Assembly (NCBI RefSeq): GCF_900564155.1
Contig: NZ_LS999839.1
Location: 585,097-617,096, forward strand
Direction of reading: 5' to 3'
From: Pedobacter schmidteae
GTDB lineage: Bacteria > Bacteroidota > Bacteroidia > Sphingobacteriales > Sphingobacteriaceae
DNA: 32,000 nt
Shown here piece after piece: positions 7,975 through 17,263 of the stretch. Position 1 is the first letter of the stretch; every line of letters begins with the position of its first letter. The position numbers and the translations under genes were made by a program. The notes below the pieces were generated by a model. The model did no database searches. It worked only from the letters and a program-made list of their open reading frames with translations, and had not been told where the DNA came from.

Positions 7975-9495
7975 TTAACGTTGTCTGTAGCTCACGCTCA
8001 CAATTTTCCCAAAACCACTGTAACCTTCTGTCAATGTCAGGTTCCCATTCAAAGATGGTACATCATAAAATTCCATCTTCCCGTTTTTATCGGCAGGTCC
8101 GGTTGGCAGATAACTGCACACCATCAGCTGATTGGCCTTATCTTTATAGTAAGTATTGCTGCTGCGTGCAAAATCCTGAAACTTCATCAGGCTGATTCTT
8201 TCGGTCCCCTTGTCAATCATCAGTTTAGTGGTTTTCAAAGAGGTATCGTACTCATATACCTTCCCCCCTACACAGTAAAACAGGTAACCAAATACCGGAC
8301 TCAATGCAAATTTTTCGGCCAGCGCAATGTCTGTACCCGTAATTTCTGCAAAATAATTATGTGCACCATTAAAAGGGCTAAAACGAACCAGGTAACTTTT
8401 ACCTTCCGTATTTTTCATCACCGCAAATATCTCCCCTCCATTATATGGTGTGTATTCCATATGCAACATATCCATCCCCATATTGCTGGTATTGAACAGG
8501 GCTGCCTGAGGTGCAGGAATAGTAGACACACTTCGTTCACTACCACTGTGTCTCAGAAATCGTTTTTTCTCGCTATCAAATAACACCGCGGTAGGACTAA
8601 AATTAGACAAGTTCATCGTCGCAGCAATAAACGGCGCTGCTTTAAAGGCTACTTTTTCTCCGGTTACCAGGTTAATAGGAACGCCATAATTAATTGAAAA
8701 CAAGCTATAATTAAAATAAACATTACCTCCAGAATACATATAGCATATCCCTCTATCTTCTTTCACCGGGGCCAGAAAGTCGGCATGAAAACCCGCAGGG
8801 ACACTGGCCACCATTTCGTAGGAGAGGTTAAAAGTATTTTTCCATCTAAAAGTCTCGGGATCCACACGGTTACTACTTTGATCAGTAGAAACCGATACTC
8901 CGTAAGTGGAAAAACTAAATGGATAGCAGGTGACATTTAAAGGTTTTCCCTTAAGCACCAGTTCCGATCCGGCCTGAGCCAGCACATCAACAATAGGTGT
9001 ATATACATTCTTAATTTTCGATACCATATCCAATCGGGCTGCTCCGTTCACATCATTCAACACCATCCAGCCTTCATAAATAGTCGTCTCTACTTTCAAC
9101 GGAATTTTGGTAGTGTATACCACGCCTGTTTTTTTATCTGTAACCGAATAGTATAATAAATAATTACCTGGCGGAATTTGAATTGCTGCATCCAGATTTC
9201 GGGTCGTAGCGATATTTTTACGCTGATCGGCAGGCAGTTGCAGATTTGCGTTTACATCAAATGCATACCATTGGTAACTAAAAGCATTTTCGTCACTGTT
9301 GTTTTCTTTACTGAATTTAAACTCAGGTGTAATCTGCAGCTTTTCACCTAGCAAAACGGTATACGTTTTACCTATACCACCAAAATTGACATCATTTAGT
9401 TCGGTATAATTATAATTACCCAGATCTTTTTTGCAAGCCGCAAAAAGCAGCAATACAACCAGGTATAGCGCCTGTTTTTTATATAGATTAAACAT
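7975..9495 (-). CDS. Lipoprotein of unknown function, consistent with the PKD-like family lipoprotein class found after DUF4843 in SusC/D loci
   Basis: 506 aa with a lipobox (LLLFAACKKD). An Ig/PKD-like N-terminal segment (..YQWYAFDV..PPGNYLLYYSVTDKKTGVVYTTKIPLKVE) is followed by a long beta-rich region. The family name comes from remembered locus architecture, not from a search. Confidence 0.6.
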   Translation of the reverse strand: MFNLYKKQALYLVVLLLFAACKKDLGNYNYTELNDVNFGGIGKTYTVLLGEKLQITPEFKFSKENNSDENAFSYQWYAFDVNANLQLPADQRKNIATTRNLDAAIQIPPGNYLLYYSVTDKKTGVVYTTKIPLKVETTIYEGWMVLNDVNGAARLDMVSKIKNVYTPIVDVLAQAGSELVLKGKPLNVTCYPFSFSTYGVSVSTDQSSNRVDPETFRWKNTFNLSYEMVASVPAGFHADFLAPVKEDRGICYMYSGGNVYFNYSLFSINYGVPINLVTGEKVAFKAAPFIAATMNLSNFSPTAVLFDSEKKRFLRHSGSERSVSTIPAPQAALFNTSNMGMDMLHMEYTPYNGGEIFAVMKNTEGKSYLVRFSPFNGAHNYFAEITGTDIALAEKFALSPVFGYLFYCVGGKVYEYDTSLKTTKLMIDKGTERISLMKFQDFARSSNTYYKDKANQLMVCSYLPTGPADKNGKMEFYDVPSLNGNLTLTEGYSGFGKIVSVSYRQR

Positions 9496-9517
9496 TGTTG
9501 TAAATTTTAAGTAAGCA

Positions 9518-10291
9518 TTATTGTACCCTTGGTCCCATGATCATTTCAGTCTTTTCATCCGCCTCATAAATGGTTTTATTATTGGCCTTCATTTCATTCA
9601 GATAGCGTTGCATAAAAGCGCCATAATAATTCAGTTTAGAAATGGAGGTAATCACGTAATCGTCCAGATCGCCGATATTTTTAATTTCGGCCACCTCGGC
9701 CAGCAGGAACAACTTTTTACGGCTAAATGGCCCCAGATAATCATCAAGCCAGGCCTTCGGCTTTTTAACTATATCATTTACCCATATGGTATGGGTAATA
9801 AAACTCAGCTTCTTTCCGGTAACAGTATTGATTACACGATCTTGCATTGGGGTATCAAAATTTTCATTGGCCTCCAGCTTCAGCCTGATGGTAAAAGTCT
9901 GGCTCAACATATCTGTTGTACGTTTCATTTTAATTTTGAGTGTATCCGCCACCTTATTAGCGGGAATTACAAAGCCAGAATTTAAAATTTCATAATGTTG
10001 CCCTACAATGGCTGTGGAAGTCGGATCAATGCTCAACTTAAAACCCCTTTCTCTATTTACAGGTTCTCCCGAAACCCGTACTACAAGCTTCATTACCGAA
10101 TCCATCAAACTGGCTTTTGCAAAGGCAAAGGAAATAGCCGTACTATCAACTCCTACATAATTTCTGGTATCAACGGCAGGAGCAAAATAAATCCCTGTCA
10201 AACCATCATAGGTTTTAAGTTCTTTTTTACATGCCACAAGTGCCGTACAGAGCAACAGGAACATGGCAATATATCTGTTATTATTCATCAT
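9518..10291 (-). CDS. Small lipoprotein of unknown function (DUF4843-like by position and size)
   Basis: 257 aa with a lipobox (LLLCTALVACKKE). It lies 12 nt downstream of SusD and 22 nt upstream of the next lipoprotein gene. The family call is by context only. Confidence 0.55.
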   Translation of the reverse strand: MMNNNRYIAMFLLLCTALVACKKELKTYDGLTGIYFAPAVDTRNYVGVDSTAISFAFAKASLMDSVMKLVVRVSGEPVNRERGFKLSIDPTSTAIVGQHYEILNSGFVIPANKVADTLKIKMKRTTDMLSQTFTIRLKLEANENFDTPMQDRVINTVTGKKLSFITHTIWVNDIVKKPKAWLDDYLGPFSRKKLFLLAEVAEIKNIGDLDDYVITSISKLNYYGAFMQRYLNEMKANNKTIYEADEKTEMIMGPRVQ

Positions 10292-10303
10292 CTTTCAATT
10301 AAA

Positions 10304-11743
10304 TTATCTAGGTGCTATTTCTGACAACGGCAATGGAAAAACATATTTTGTTGCATTCATGGTGATTGTTCCGTTTATAGTAAGCGGATTTGGAATGGCG
10401 GCCAGATTTTTCCGCTTATAGAAATACCACAATTGCCCTTCACCAAAAAACTCTTTCTGATATTCCTTTTGCAGCTCTGTAGCCAACACCGCGGTTACTG
10501 GCAAATCGGTCAGATTTCTTTTATTTCTTACGATGTTCAGATAGGTTACGTTCCCTTCACTCTCGGCGGCGATGTAATACATCTCACTTAGGCGAATTAA
10601 AGGCAGGGTATAACGGTATACATAAGATTTTTCAGGAATATCGGCGTATTTGAAAAAAGTACGGTAGTTTTTTCCACCAATACCGGTAAGTAACCACATC
10701 GGATTATAACGGTAATCATTTTCATTGTTTTCGAAAGTAGATTTTAACCGGGCGTCTGAAGGCGCAAGAATCTGGCTCTCTACTAAATCAGGTGAAAAAT
10801 AGTCCCTGTAATTATCATACATATCCAGACTCATCAAACCAAACAACAGCTCGGTACTGAATACCCGATCCGGATTTGCTTTATCATTGAGAATTTTAGC
10901 TGTTGTAATCCAGGGGAACTTTACGGCATTGTCAATTACTTCTTTTGCTGCCGTCAAAGCCGAGACTTTGTCTCCACGATAAAGATAGACCCTGGCCTGC
11001 AAGCCTTTTACTGCAAAATAATTGAGTCTATAGTTCCTTCCTGTAGTTAAGAAATTAATCGTACCGGTTGATGTAGGCGGATTTACCCCTCTGGTGCGCA
11101 CAGGATCATCGGCCAACAGCGTTTCGGCAGTTTTAAGATCACTGACGATCAAACTCATCACTTTATTTGCCGGCAAAATCTCGCTAACATCGGTTCCTGC
11201 TTTTGTATAATAAGGAATAGCCATTTTTAACGAATCAGCAGTAGCATATATCGGTCCATACATCCTTAATAAATCAAATTGCAGGTAAGCCCTCAATGCA
11301 TAGGCTTCTCCTTTTAATAACGACGCTGATTTTGTGTCCAGTACTCCCCTATAAGTATCCAGATTCTGAATAAACTTATTTACGTTTACTACATCAATAT
11401 AGGCGCTGGTCCAGATAAGATCCAGTGTTTTCTGTACCTTCTCGTCATTATAGGTATAAGTTTGATACTTTGTCAGATTATGCAATGCCCCTACATTATA
11501 ACACTGACCAAAGATATCTAGTGTAGTTCCTGTTAAGTTGGCACCATAAAGCTTGCTCTTACCCATATCCAGATAAATTCCATTCAATGCTTCGGCTATC
11601 CCATCAGGCGTCGAATAAAGCTGCTCTTCGGTAACTTTATCTTTCGGTTGTACATCCAGCCATTTGCTACAGGACATCACCGACAACAACAGCAGACCTA
11701 GTCCCACCGCTGTAAAAATATTTTTAAATGATTTCATCATCAT
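10304..11743 (-). CDS. SusD/RagB-family nutrient-binding outer-membrane lipoprotein
   Basis: The tracked ORF runs to 11893 but overlaps the SusC 3' end. The real start is probably MMMKSFKNIFTAVGLGLLLLSVMSCSKWLDV (ATG at 11743), 5 nt after the SusC stop (11749-11751). TPR-like SusD hallmarks are present: ..AYALRAYLQFDLLRMYG.., ..NYFAVKGLQARVYLY... Confidence 0.9.
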   Translation of the reverse strand: MMMKSFKNIFTAVGLGLLLLSVMSCSKWLDVQPKDKVTEEQLYSTPDGIAEALNGIYLDMGKSKLYGANLTGTTLDIFGQCYNVGALHNLTKYQTYTYNDEKVQKTLDLIWTSAYIDVVNVNKFIQNLDTYRGVLDTKSASLLKGEAYALRAYLQFDLLRMYGPIYATADSLKMAIPYYTKAGTDVSEILPANKVMSLIVSDLKTAETLLADDPVRTRGVNPPTSTGTINFLTTGRNYRLNYFAVKGLQARVYLYRGDKVSALTAAKEVIDNAVKFPWITTAKILNDKANPDRVFSTELLFGLMSLDMYDNYRDYFSPDLVESQILAPSDARLKSTFENNENDYRYNPMWLLTGIGGKNYRTFFKYADIPEKSYVYRYTLPLIRLSEMYYIAAESEGNVTYLNIVRNKRNLTDLPVTAVLATELQKEYQKEFFGEGQLWYFYKRKNLAAIPNPLTINGTITMNATKYVFPLPLSEIAPR

Positions 11744-11748
11744 AGGTT

Positions 11749-14700
11749 TTAAAAACTTGCATTTAAACTGAAAGAAAAAGATCGGGCAAATGGATATTCG
11801 ATACCACGTTCGCGCACAACAGACGAAATGCGAAATACATCGTTCATATATCCATTTAAGCGCAGTGCCGATAAGCCAAATTTCTTCAACCACTTTTGGG
11901 TCTGGAAATTATAGCCTAAGCTGATCGATTCGCCACTCAACACATTATCTGTCTGTACAAAACGGGACGACATTGGTGTGGTCTCCAACAGGCTTATTCC
12001 TTTAAACCGGGCAATATCACCAGGCTTTTTCCAGCGGTCATACAAGGCGCGTCTGTCTTGGTTGTTGGCCAGTTTCTCCATGCTGATATTCTCTACTTTA
12101 TCATATAAGGCACTGTTAAAAATATCCCGACCAAGGATATATCTCAGGTTCATATTAAAACTAAATCCCTTGTAGCTGATGGTATTGCTAAATACGCCCT
12201 CCACTTTGGGCTGACCATTTCCCACACGCCTGATATCGTTTACATCATATATAAAAGTATACTGTCCGTCTTGTTTTTGAAAAACTTCCATCCCTGTTCC
12301 AGGATCTATGCCCATAGAAGGAACGGCCCAAATGTCCTGCGGACTGTAACCATCCTTATAACGAATCAGACTTTTATTGGCTTGAGCCTTGGTATTCAAA
12401 GAGCCTAAGGTATTATTAAAGCCATCATATTTACTGGTATAAGCAGTTCCTGTAACACCTATGGTCCATACCATGCGGGATTCGGGCTTATAAACCGGCG
12501 AGTATTTTACCGTTGCTTCTATCCCTTTGATATCTAATGTCCCGGAATTGATCGGGTAAGAAGATATCCCGGTTGAAGAAGGCAGATCAATCGCTACCAC
12601 CAGGGGATCTGTTTTTTTCTGATATACATTGGCGTTGACTACCAAACGGCTTCCCAACATGACGATATCTGTGCCAATATTGGTTTGTACAGAATTTTGC
12701 CACCTCAGGTTCGCATTTCCCAACGCGTTCAATGTTACCCCCTGCCCAAATAAGTTGATATAAGAATCATATCCATAAGTAGAAATGGAAGAAACGGAGG
12801 CAAAATTCTGATTACCTGTATTTCCTCTGTTGGCATATAGTTTAAAAGTGTTTATCCAGGTCAGCTCCTTCATAAACTCCTCGCCATGTATGTTCCAACC
12901 CAGTCCTCCCACTACATAAGAAGTATATTTTTTGTTGGCCCCAAATGCTGTAGAACCATCATACCTGAATGAAAAATCGGCCAGATATTTATTTTTATAG
13001 GCGTAGTTGGCAGTAGCCAATATTGCGTTGGTACGTGTTTTACTAAATGCTGTAACCGGCCTCGAATTGGGCTTGTAGCTGTAGGCAAAATTTGGGTTAC
13101 CATTACTACTGGCAGGAAAACCTACAGCAGTAACCGCAATATTCTCATTATCATTATCGCGGATCTCACTTCGGATATTGGCAGTCAACGAATGGATCTC
13201 ATTAAACACTTTACCGTAAGTCAGCATCAGGTAACCATTATAACTAAAGTTATCGGTTTTACTGTTCCTGTAAGATCCCTTTTCAAAAAGATTGGTCTTA
13301 TCAAAAGTGGTGTTGAGTGGCGAAAGGAAATTTATCGCGGTCGTCACTCCTTTCTGTACCTGCACAGCCCCCTGGATTTTAAACTCCCTGTTCAGGTCTA
13401 TGATCATCTGCAGATTGTTTTGAATGGCCACATTTTTTGTATTGTTGACACTATTTAGTGAAGCATTATACATTGGATTATCAATCACGTATGAAAAAGT
13501 CTGATAATTAATACTCTCTTCCAGATAACGGCTATGCGGATTGTCTTTTCTGAAATAAGGATTGGCATTTGCAAAATTGGCAAAGGAACCATAAGGAGAT
13601 TCATCGGCTTTATAACCATTTATGTAAAGCTTATTGGAAAAATTGAATTTTCCGCGGCGATAAGAAAGGTCTATATTACCTGCCCAGTCCTGCCTGCCCG
13701 AGCCTTTCATTGCTCCTGTGGTATTTTTAAACGTTACGCCAACACCATAACGCAACGCATCATCTCCCCCGTCGGCATAAATAGAGTGCCGCTGACTAAA
13801 GCCTGTCTGCACGGGTACATTTAACCAATAGGTATTTACTCCCCGCTGTACTTCGGCTAAATGAACATTATAAAGGGAGTCGAGATCGCGCTGATAAGCA
13901 GGAATTGGATTAGCACCGATACCGCCGTAGGTATACCTACCCGAAAGCCTTTCAAACTCCAGCTTTTCGGCTGCATTCATCATATTGTAACCACTCAGGT
14001 CGGGCATTTCTATATTCAAATCGCTGCTGTAAGTCAGGTTCATTTGTCCCTGTCTGGGTTTAACGGTTTCAATAACCACCACACCGTTAGAAGCTTTTGA
14101 ACCATACATTGCCGTAGATGCAGCATCCTTAAGGATAGTAACCGATCCTATACGGTTCTGATTTAAATCGACAATCACGCGAAGCGAAGTTTCGAAACCG
14201 TCCAATATAAAAAGAGGTTGATTTGGATCGGAGGCGAACTGGTCCTGTAAGCTGGAAGAAATACTGGTTTTACCACGTATTTCTATATTTGGAAGTGCAT
14301 TTGGATTTGATCCAAGCTGATTGTTCTCCAACAGAATGAAAGAAGGATCTAATGCCCTCAAGCCCTGAATGATATTCTGGTTACCTACCGCTCGTAATTG
14401 CTCGCCGGTATATGACGCTGTAGCCCCGGTAAAACTACTTTTATTCCTGGTAATACCCGTACCTGTAATTACCACATCTTTCATATTGTTCTCTGCCAGT
14501 TCCAGTTTAACACTTAGTGGAGATTTTACACCCTTAACTTTAACTTCCCGACTCACATAACCGATATAGGAAATAACCAGAATATCGTTCTCACTAGCCG
14601 GCATGATTACAAAGCGGCCTTCGGCATTACTTACAGTACCACGACTGGCAGCTCCTTTTATTTTGATAGAAGCACCAGGTATAGGTGCATTATTTTCATC

Positions 14701-15042
14701 CAGCACCATACCACTTATCGGAAACTGCTGCTGTATAAAAAACTCAACCGGTTTATTTTTAATGATGATAGATCGGGCCTTGATTTCAAAAACCAAGTCC
14801 TGCCCTTCCAAGCATTCCTGTAAAGCATCCAACAATGGCGCATTACGCAAATCGATGGTAACCGGATGAACCGATTTCATCAGCGTTGCATCGTACATAA
14901 AATCATAACCTGTCTGATTTCTAATCTCCCTAAAAACTTTTTTTAAGGAAATATTCTTTTCTTTAAGTGTTACACGCTGGCCAAATGTGGCGGCACTAAC
15001 CTGCAACAAAGACATAGTCATCATAATTATGATCATTTTCAT
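11749..15042 (-). CDS. SusC/RagA-type TonB-dependent transporter with N-terminal STN signalling domain (paralog of 1031-4342)
   Basis: ORF 11749-15108. I prefer the start at Met23 (ATG 15042), which gives MKMIIIMMTMSLLQVSAATFGQ and aligns with the paralog's signal peptide. The start at 15108 cannot be excluded. STN segment: LKKVFREIRNQTGYDFMYDA..IIIKNK. Plug: DVVITG.., ILDGFE.., ILKDAASTAMYGSKASNGVVVIETVK. By eye it is highly similar to 1031-4342 across the plug region. Confidence 0.9.
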   Translation of the reverse strand: MKMIIIMMTMSLLQVSAATFGQRVTLKEKNISLKKVFREIRNQTGYDFMYDATLMKSVHPVTIDLRNAPLLDALQECLEGQDLVFEIKARSIIIKNKPVEFFIQQQFPISGMVLDENNAPIPGASIKIKGAASRGTVSNAEGRFVIMPASENDILVISYIGYVSREVKVKGVKSPLSVKLELAENNMKDVVITGTGITRNKSSFTGATASYTGEQLRAVGNQNIIQGLRALDPSFILLENNQLGSNPNALPNIEIRGKTSISSSLQDQFASDPNQPLFILDGFETSLRVIVDLNQNRIGSVTILKDAASTAMYGSKASNGVVVIETVKPRQGQMNLTYSSDLNIEMPDLSGYNMMNAAEKLEFERLSGRYTYGGIGANPIPAYQRDLDSLYNVHLAEVQRGVNTYWLNVPVQTGFSQRHSIYADGGDDALRYGVGVTFKNTTGAMKGSGRQDWAGNIDLSYRRGKFNFSNKLYINGYKADESPYGSFANFANANPYFRKDNPHSRYLEESINYQTFSYVIDNPMYNASLNSVNNTKNVAIQNNLQMIIDLNREFKIQGAVQVQKGVTTAINFLSPLNTTFDKTNLFEKGSYRNSKTDNFSYNGYLMLTYGKVFNEIHSLTANIRSEIRDNDNENIAVTAVGFPASSNGNPNFAYSYKPNSRPVTAFSKTRTNAILATANYAYKNKYLADFSFRYDGSTAFGANKKYTSYVVGGLGWNIHGEEFMKELTWINTFKLYANRGNTGNQNFASVSSISTYGYDSYINLFGQGVTLNALGNANLRWQNSVQTNIGTDIVMLGSRLVVNANVYQKKTDPLVVAIDLPSSTGISSYPINSGTLDIKGIEATVKYSPVYKPESRMVWTIGVTGTAYTSKYDGFNNTLGSLNTKAQANKSLIRYKDGYSPQDIWAVPSMGIDPGTGMEVFQKQDGQYTFIYDVNDIRRVGNGQPKVEGVFSNTISYKGFSFNMNLRYILGRDIFNSALYDKVENISMEKLANNQDRRALYDRWKKPGDIARFKGISLLETTPMSSRFVQTDNVLSGESISLGYNFQTQKWLKKFGLSALRLNGYMNDVFRISSVVRERGIEYPFARSFSFSLNASF

Positions 15043-15119
15043 AATTAATAATAGTTTGGGTGGTAGCCAAAGATTGGGCATACCTAGTTTAAAAGCATAT
15101 TTATTCATACTTTTGATTG

Positions 15120-15237
15120 GTTTGAGTTGATACAGAATGGTTGGACTAATTGTTCTTCTCTGTCTGCAAAGGACAGGGAATGGTCACCTCAAACTTTTGC
15201 CGGATTGTGCTTCCAACACCTTCCGGCTTTTGTATTT
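15120..15237 (+). ncRNA. Candidate cis-antisense small RNA in the second fecR-susC spacer
   Basis: Plus-strand TACTTTTG (15108-15115) matches TAnnTTTG. A hairpin plus T-tract follows 84 nt downstream (15199-15237). No plus-strand CDS is nearby. The geometry matches 4459-4605. The 5' end is only predicted. Confidence 0.3.
15199..15237 (+). terminator. Intrinsic-terminator-like hairpin plus T-tract oriented antisense to the operon
   Basis: GCCGGA (15199-15204) pairs with TCCGGC (15222-15227). An inner GTG/CAC (15207-15209 with 15217-15219) follows a 2x2 internal loop. The downstream flank is TTTTGTATTT. The outer stem differs from the paralogous hairpin at two positions, and both changes are compensated on the opposite arm. 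Confidence 0.45.
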
Positions 15238-15323
15238 AAGGCCACCTTTGTCTTGACACTAAGGTTTTGGTAATTGTTTTTTCATTGTTTTTAGATTTGG
15301 TTTGTTAGTTGTTGGGTTAATAT

Positions 15324-16472
15324 TTATTTGAGTACATTAATTTTTCTGCCTTCTATTTTAAAGTGAACCTTACCGGTTGATTCAATAATTGCTAACACTT
15401 CTCCAATACTTTTTGAACGTGAAACCAATCCTTCGAGCGTAATATTCTTTGGAACATTTTCCTGATAAACAATCTGTACATCATACCACCGGGCTATTTT
15501 CCGCATCATACTTTCCAGGTTTTCCTCCTTAAACACAAAATCCCCGTTTTTCCAGTCGATCTCGTCTTCAGCTTCTACTGCAACTACCTTTATCCCATCC
15601 TGTTTCAACTCCGACTGCTGTCCCGGTTTTAAGATAACCACAGAAATGCCATTTACTTTGGCTTTTACCTGTACGCTACCCTCCAGCAAAGTTGTCTTGG
15701 TACTGCCATCATCGGCATAGCTTTTCACATTAAAATGTGTGCCCAAAACCATTACCTCTTGTTCGGCCGTAGCCACAATGAATGGCTTACGATCTGCTTT
15801 TGCAATCTCAAAGTAGGCTTCTCCATTTAATTCTACTCTTCTTTCCCTTGACGAATTAATCTGAGCCGGGTATCTTAAAGAAGAGGCTGCATTTAACCAT
15901 ACCCTGGAACCGTCGGGCAAAAGGATCTGGTATTGCCCACCTTTAGGGGTTGCAATGGTATTATAAGCAATCCTTTGGGGATCTTCTACCGCCGAAGTCT
16001 CTGCGACACGATAAATCAGCTGCCCATCGGCTGTTTTAGTAATATGGATTCCCGACTGAACCCCCACGTTTCCTGTGTGCGCAGCTGTCAGGTCAATTAT
16101 TTTACCATTTGCCAATGTTAAAGTGGCCTTATTCCCTCCAGGAATAATAGTGGCCTGTGCCATGCCAGCGGCCTCCTCCATTACCTTTGTATCGTGGGAT
16201 AGGTAAAAAAACAAGCCTGCCGAAAGTGTCATCAGCACTGCGACAGCAGCTGCAATGGTTGGCCAACTATGAAATTTCACTGGCGATTTCTGCTCTTTCT
16301 GTAGATTCAGCAAAACCCCATCAAGGTCCGCTGTACGCTCTTCTAATCCTAATTCGGATGTTCCGGCTTCTTGATAAGTCAGGTACCAGCTTTCCAACAA
16401 GGCTTTTTCAGCCTCAGTAGCCTGCCCCTTTCTGTAATTGTCCAGTATGGTTTTTATTTCTTCTTCCTGCAT
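15324..16472 (-). CDS. FecR-family transmembrane anti-sigma factor (paralog of 4623-5744)
   Basis: 382 aa with a TM helix (TIAAAVAVLMTLSAGLFFYL). FecR-like core: ..GEAYFEIAKADRKPFIV......V.VLGTHFNVKSY. The same C-terminal ..VHFKIEGRKINV tail is present. Confidence 0.9.
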   Translation of the reverse strand: MQEEEIKTILDNYRKGQATEAEKALLESWYLTYQEAGTSELGLEERTADLDGVLLNLQKEQKSPVKFHSWPTIAAAVAVLMTLSAGLFFYLSHDTKVMEEAAGMAQATIIPGGNKATLTLANGKIIDLTAAHTGNVGVQSGIHITKTADGQLIYRVAETSAVEDPQRIAYNTIATPKGGQYQILLPDGSRVWLNAASSLRYPAQINSSRERRVELNGEAYFEIAKADRKPFIVATAEQEVMVLGTHFNVKSYADDGSTKTTLLEGSVQVKAKVNGISVVILKPGQQSELKQDGIKVVAVEAEDEIDWKNGDFVFKEENLESMMRKIARWYDVQIVYQENVPKNITLEGLVSRSKSIGEVLAIIESTGKVHFKIEGRKINVLK

Positions 16473-16645
16473 AATTCTTTAAAAGCCGGAATGGCTTTAT
16501 ATATAGTAAGACAAGATCATTTGACTGAGGAGGTATCCTTTCTTAAAATAAATTTATTTTTTTGTTTACATCACTTTAATGGCTAGATCGCCATCCTGAA
16601 TTTGTCATGCTGGCGCAAGCTAGTATCGGCATCTCCCATATGCAT

Positions 16646-17230
16646 TCAAAACCTGAATATATAAAGCAGATAAATGACCAATCCGAGTCTCTTTCTGAGC
16701 ACTCTAAGCGCATTTGTCATTTGTTTTTTTACAGTCTGTTCGGTAGTTCCCAAACGTTCTGCAATTTCCTTATGGCTAAGAAAGCCTTTGCGGCTCAGCT
16801 CAAAAACCTCTCGCATCCTTGGAGGCAAAGCAGCCACTTCCTTTTCAATCAATTCTCTTAACTGATTTTCTCTCACCCGGTGATCGGCAATCACAGTATC
16901 CTGATCAACAAAAGACTGAATGGAAACAATATATTTATTTCGCACTTCTTTACGGACCATCTGGTTCAGGATATAATTTCTTAAACTGGTATACAAATAA
17001 CCAGATAGATTAACATTCACATCCAAGCTTTCCCGTTTAGCCCATAGCATGGTAAATATTTCCTGAATGGTATCCTGTGCTTCTTCCCTGTTACGGGTTT
17101 TATTCCAGGCATGATTATGCAACACAAACTTATAGCGATGATAGATTTGCTCATATGCCGACCGATCTCCTGCTTTAAGTAGCTGAAGTAACTCTGCATC
17201 CGGAATAAGTGGTAAATCTGAATCTTGCAT
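16646..17230 (-). CDS. ECF-type RNA polymerase sigma factor (paralog of 5834-6415)
   Basis: The tracked ORF runs to 17266. I prefer the start MQDSDLPLIPDAELLQLLKAGDRSAYEQIY (ATG 17230) for two reasons. It aligns residue for residue with MQEQDLSRIPDDELLLLFKAGDRHAYEQIY of the paralog. It also places the shared TATTATTG box at the same 33-nt distance. Region 4: ALPPRMREVFELSRKGFLSHKEIAERLGTTEQTVKKQMTNA. Confidence 0.9.
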   Translation of the reverse strand: MQDSDLPLIPDAELLQLLKAGDRSAYEQIYHRYKFVLHNHAWNKTRNREEAQDTIQEIFTMLWAKRESLDVNVNLSGYLYTSLRNYILNQMVRKEVRNKYIVSIQSFVDQDTVIADHRVRENQLRELIEKEVAALPPRMREVFELSRKGFLSHKEIAERLGTTEQTVKKQMTNALRVLRKRLGLVIYLLYIFRF

Positions 17231-17263
17231 TTGGTCCCTGGATATTGAAATGAATTCCAAATG

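Noticed and set aside
7981-8583. 200-aa plus-strand ORF, plus similar antisense ORFs at 9521-9985, 9995-10324, 13534-13824, 17860-18264, 21691-21951, 24322-24597 and 30956-31309
   Set aside because: All are embedded antisense to long minus-strand genes with clear family signatures. They are rich in Ile/Phe/Lys/Cys and lack motifs. This fits shadow ORFs of moderately AT-rich coding DNA. They would only be revisited if strand-specific proteomics said otherwise.
11744-11893. 50-codon N-terminal extension of the SusD ORF overlapping the SusC 3' end
   Set aside because: It overlaps the upstream SusC coding sequence by 145 nt. A lipoprotein signal peptide (MMMKSF...SVMSC) begins at 11743, 5 nt after the SusC stop.
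15043-15108. 22-codon extension of the second SusC ORF (MNKYAFKLGMPNLWLPPKLLLI)
   Set aside because: The paralog alignment starts at MKMIIIMM (15042). The extension is kept as an alternative start only, because similar long N-termini are sometimes annotated in this family.
16479-16500. Small hairpin AAAGCC-attcc-GGCTTT immediately upstream of the fecR-2 start codon
   Set aside because: The stem is 6 bp and half of it is A-T. It is not conserved at the paralogous sigma-1/fecR-1 junction. This is too weak to call an attenuator.
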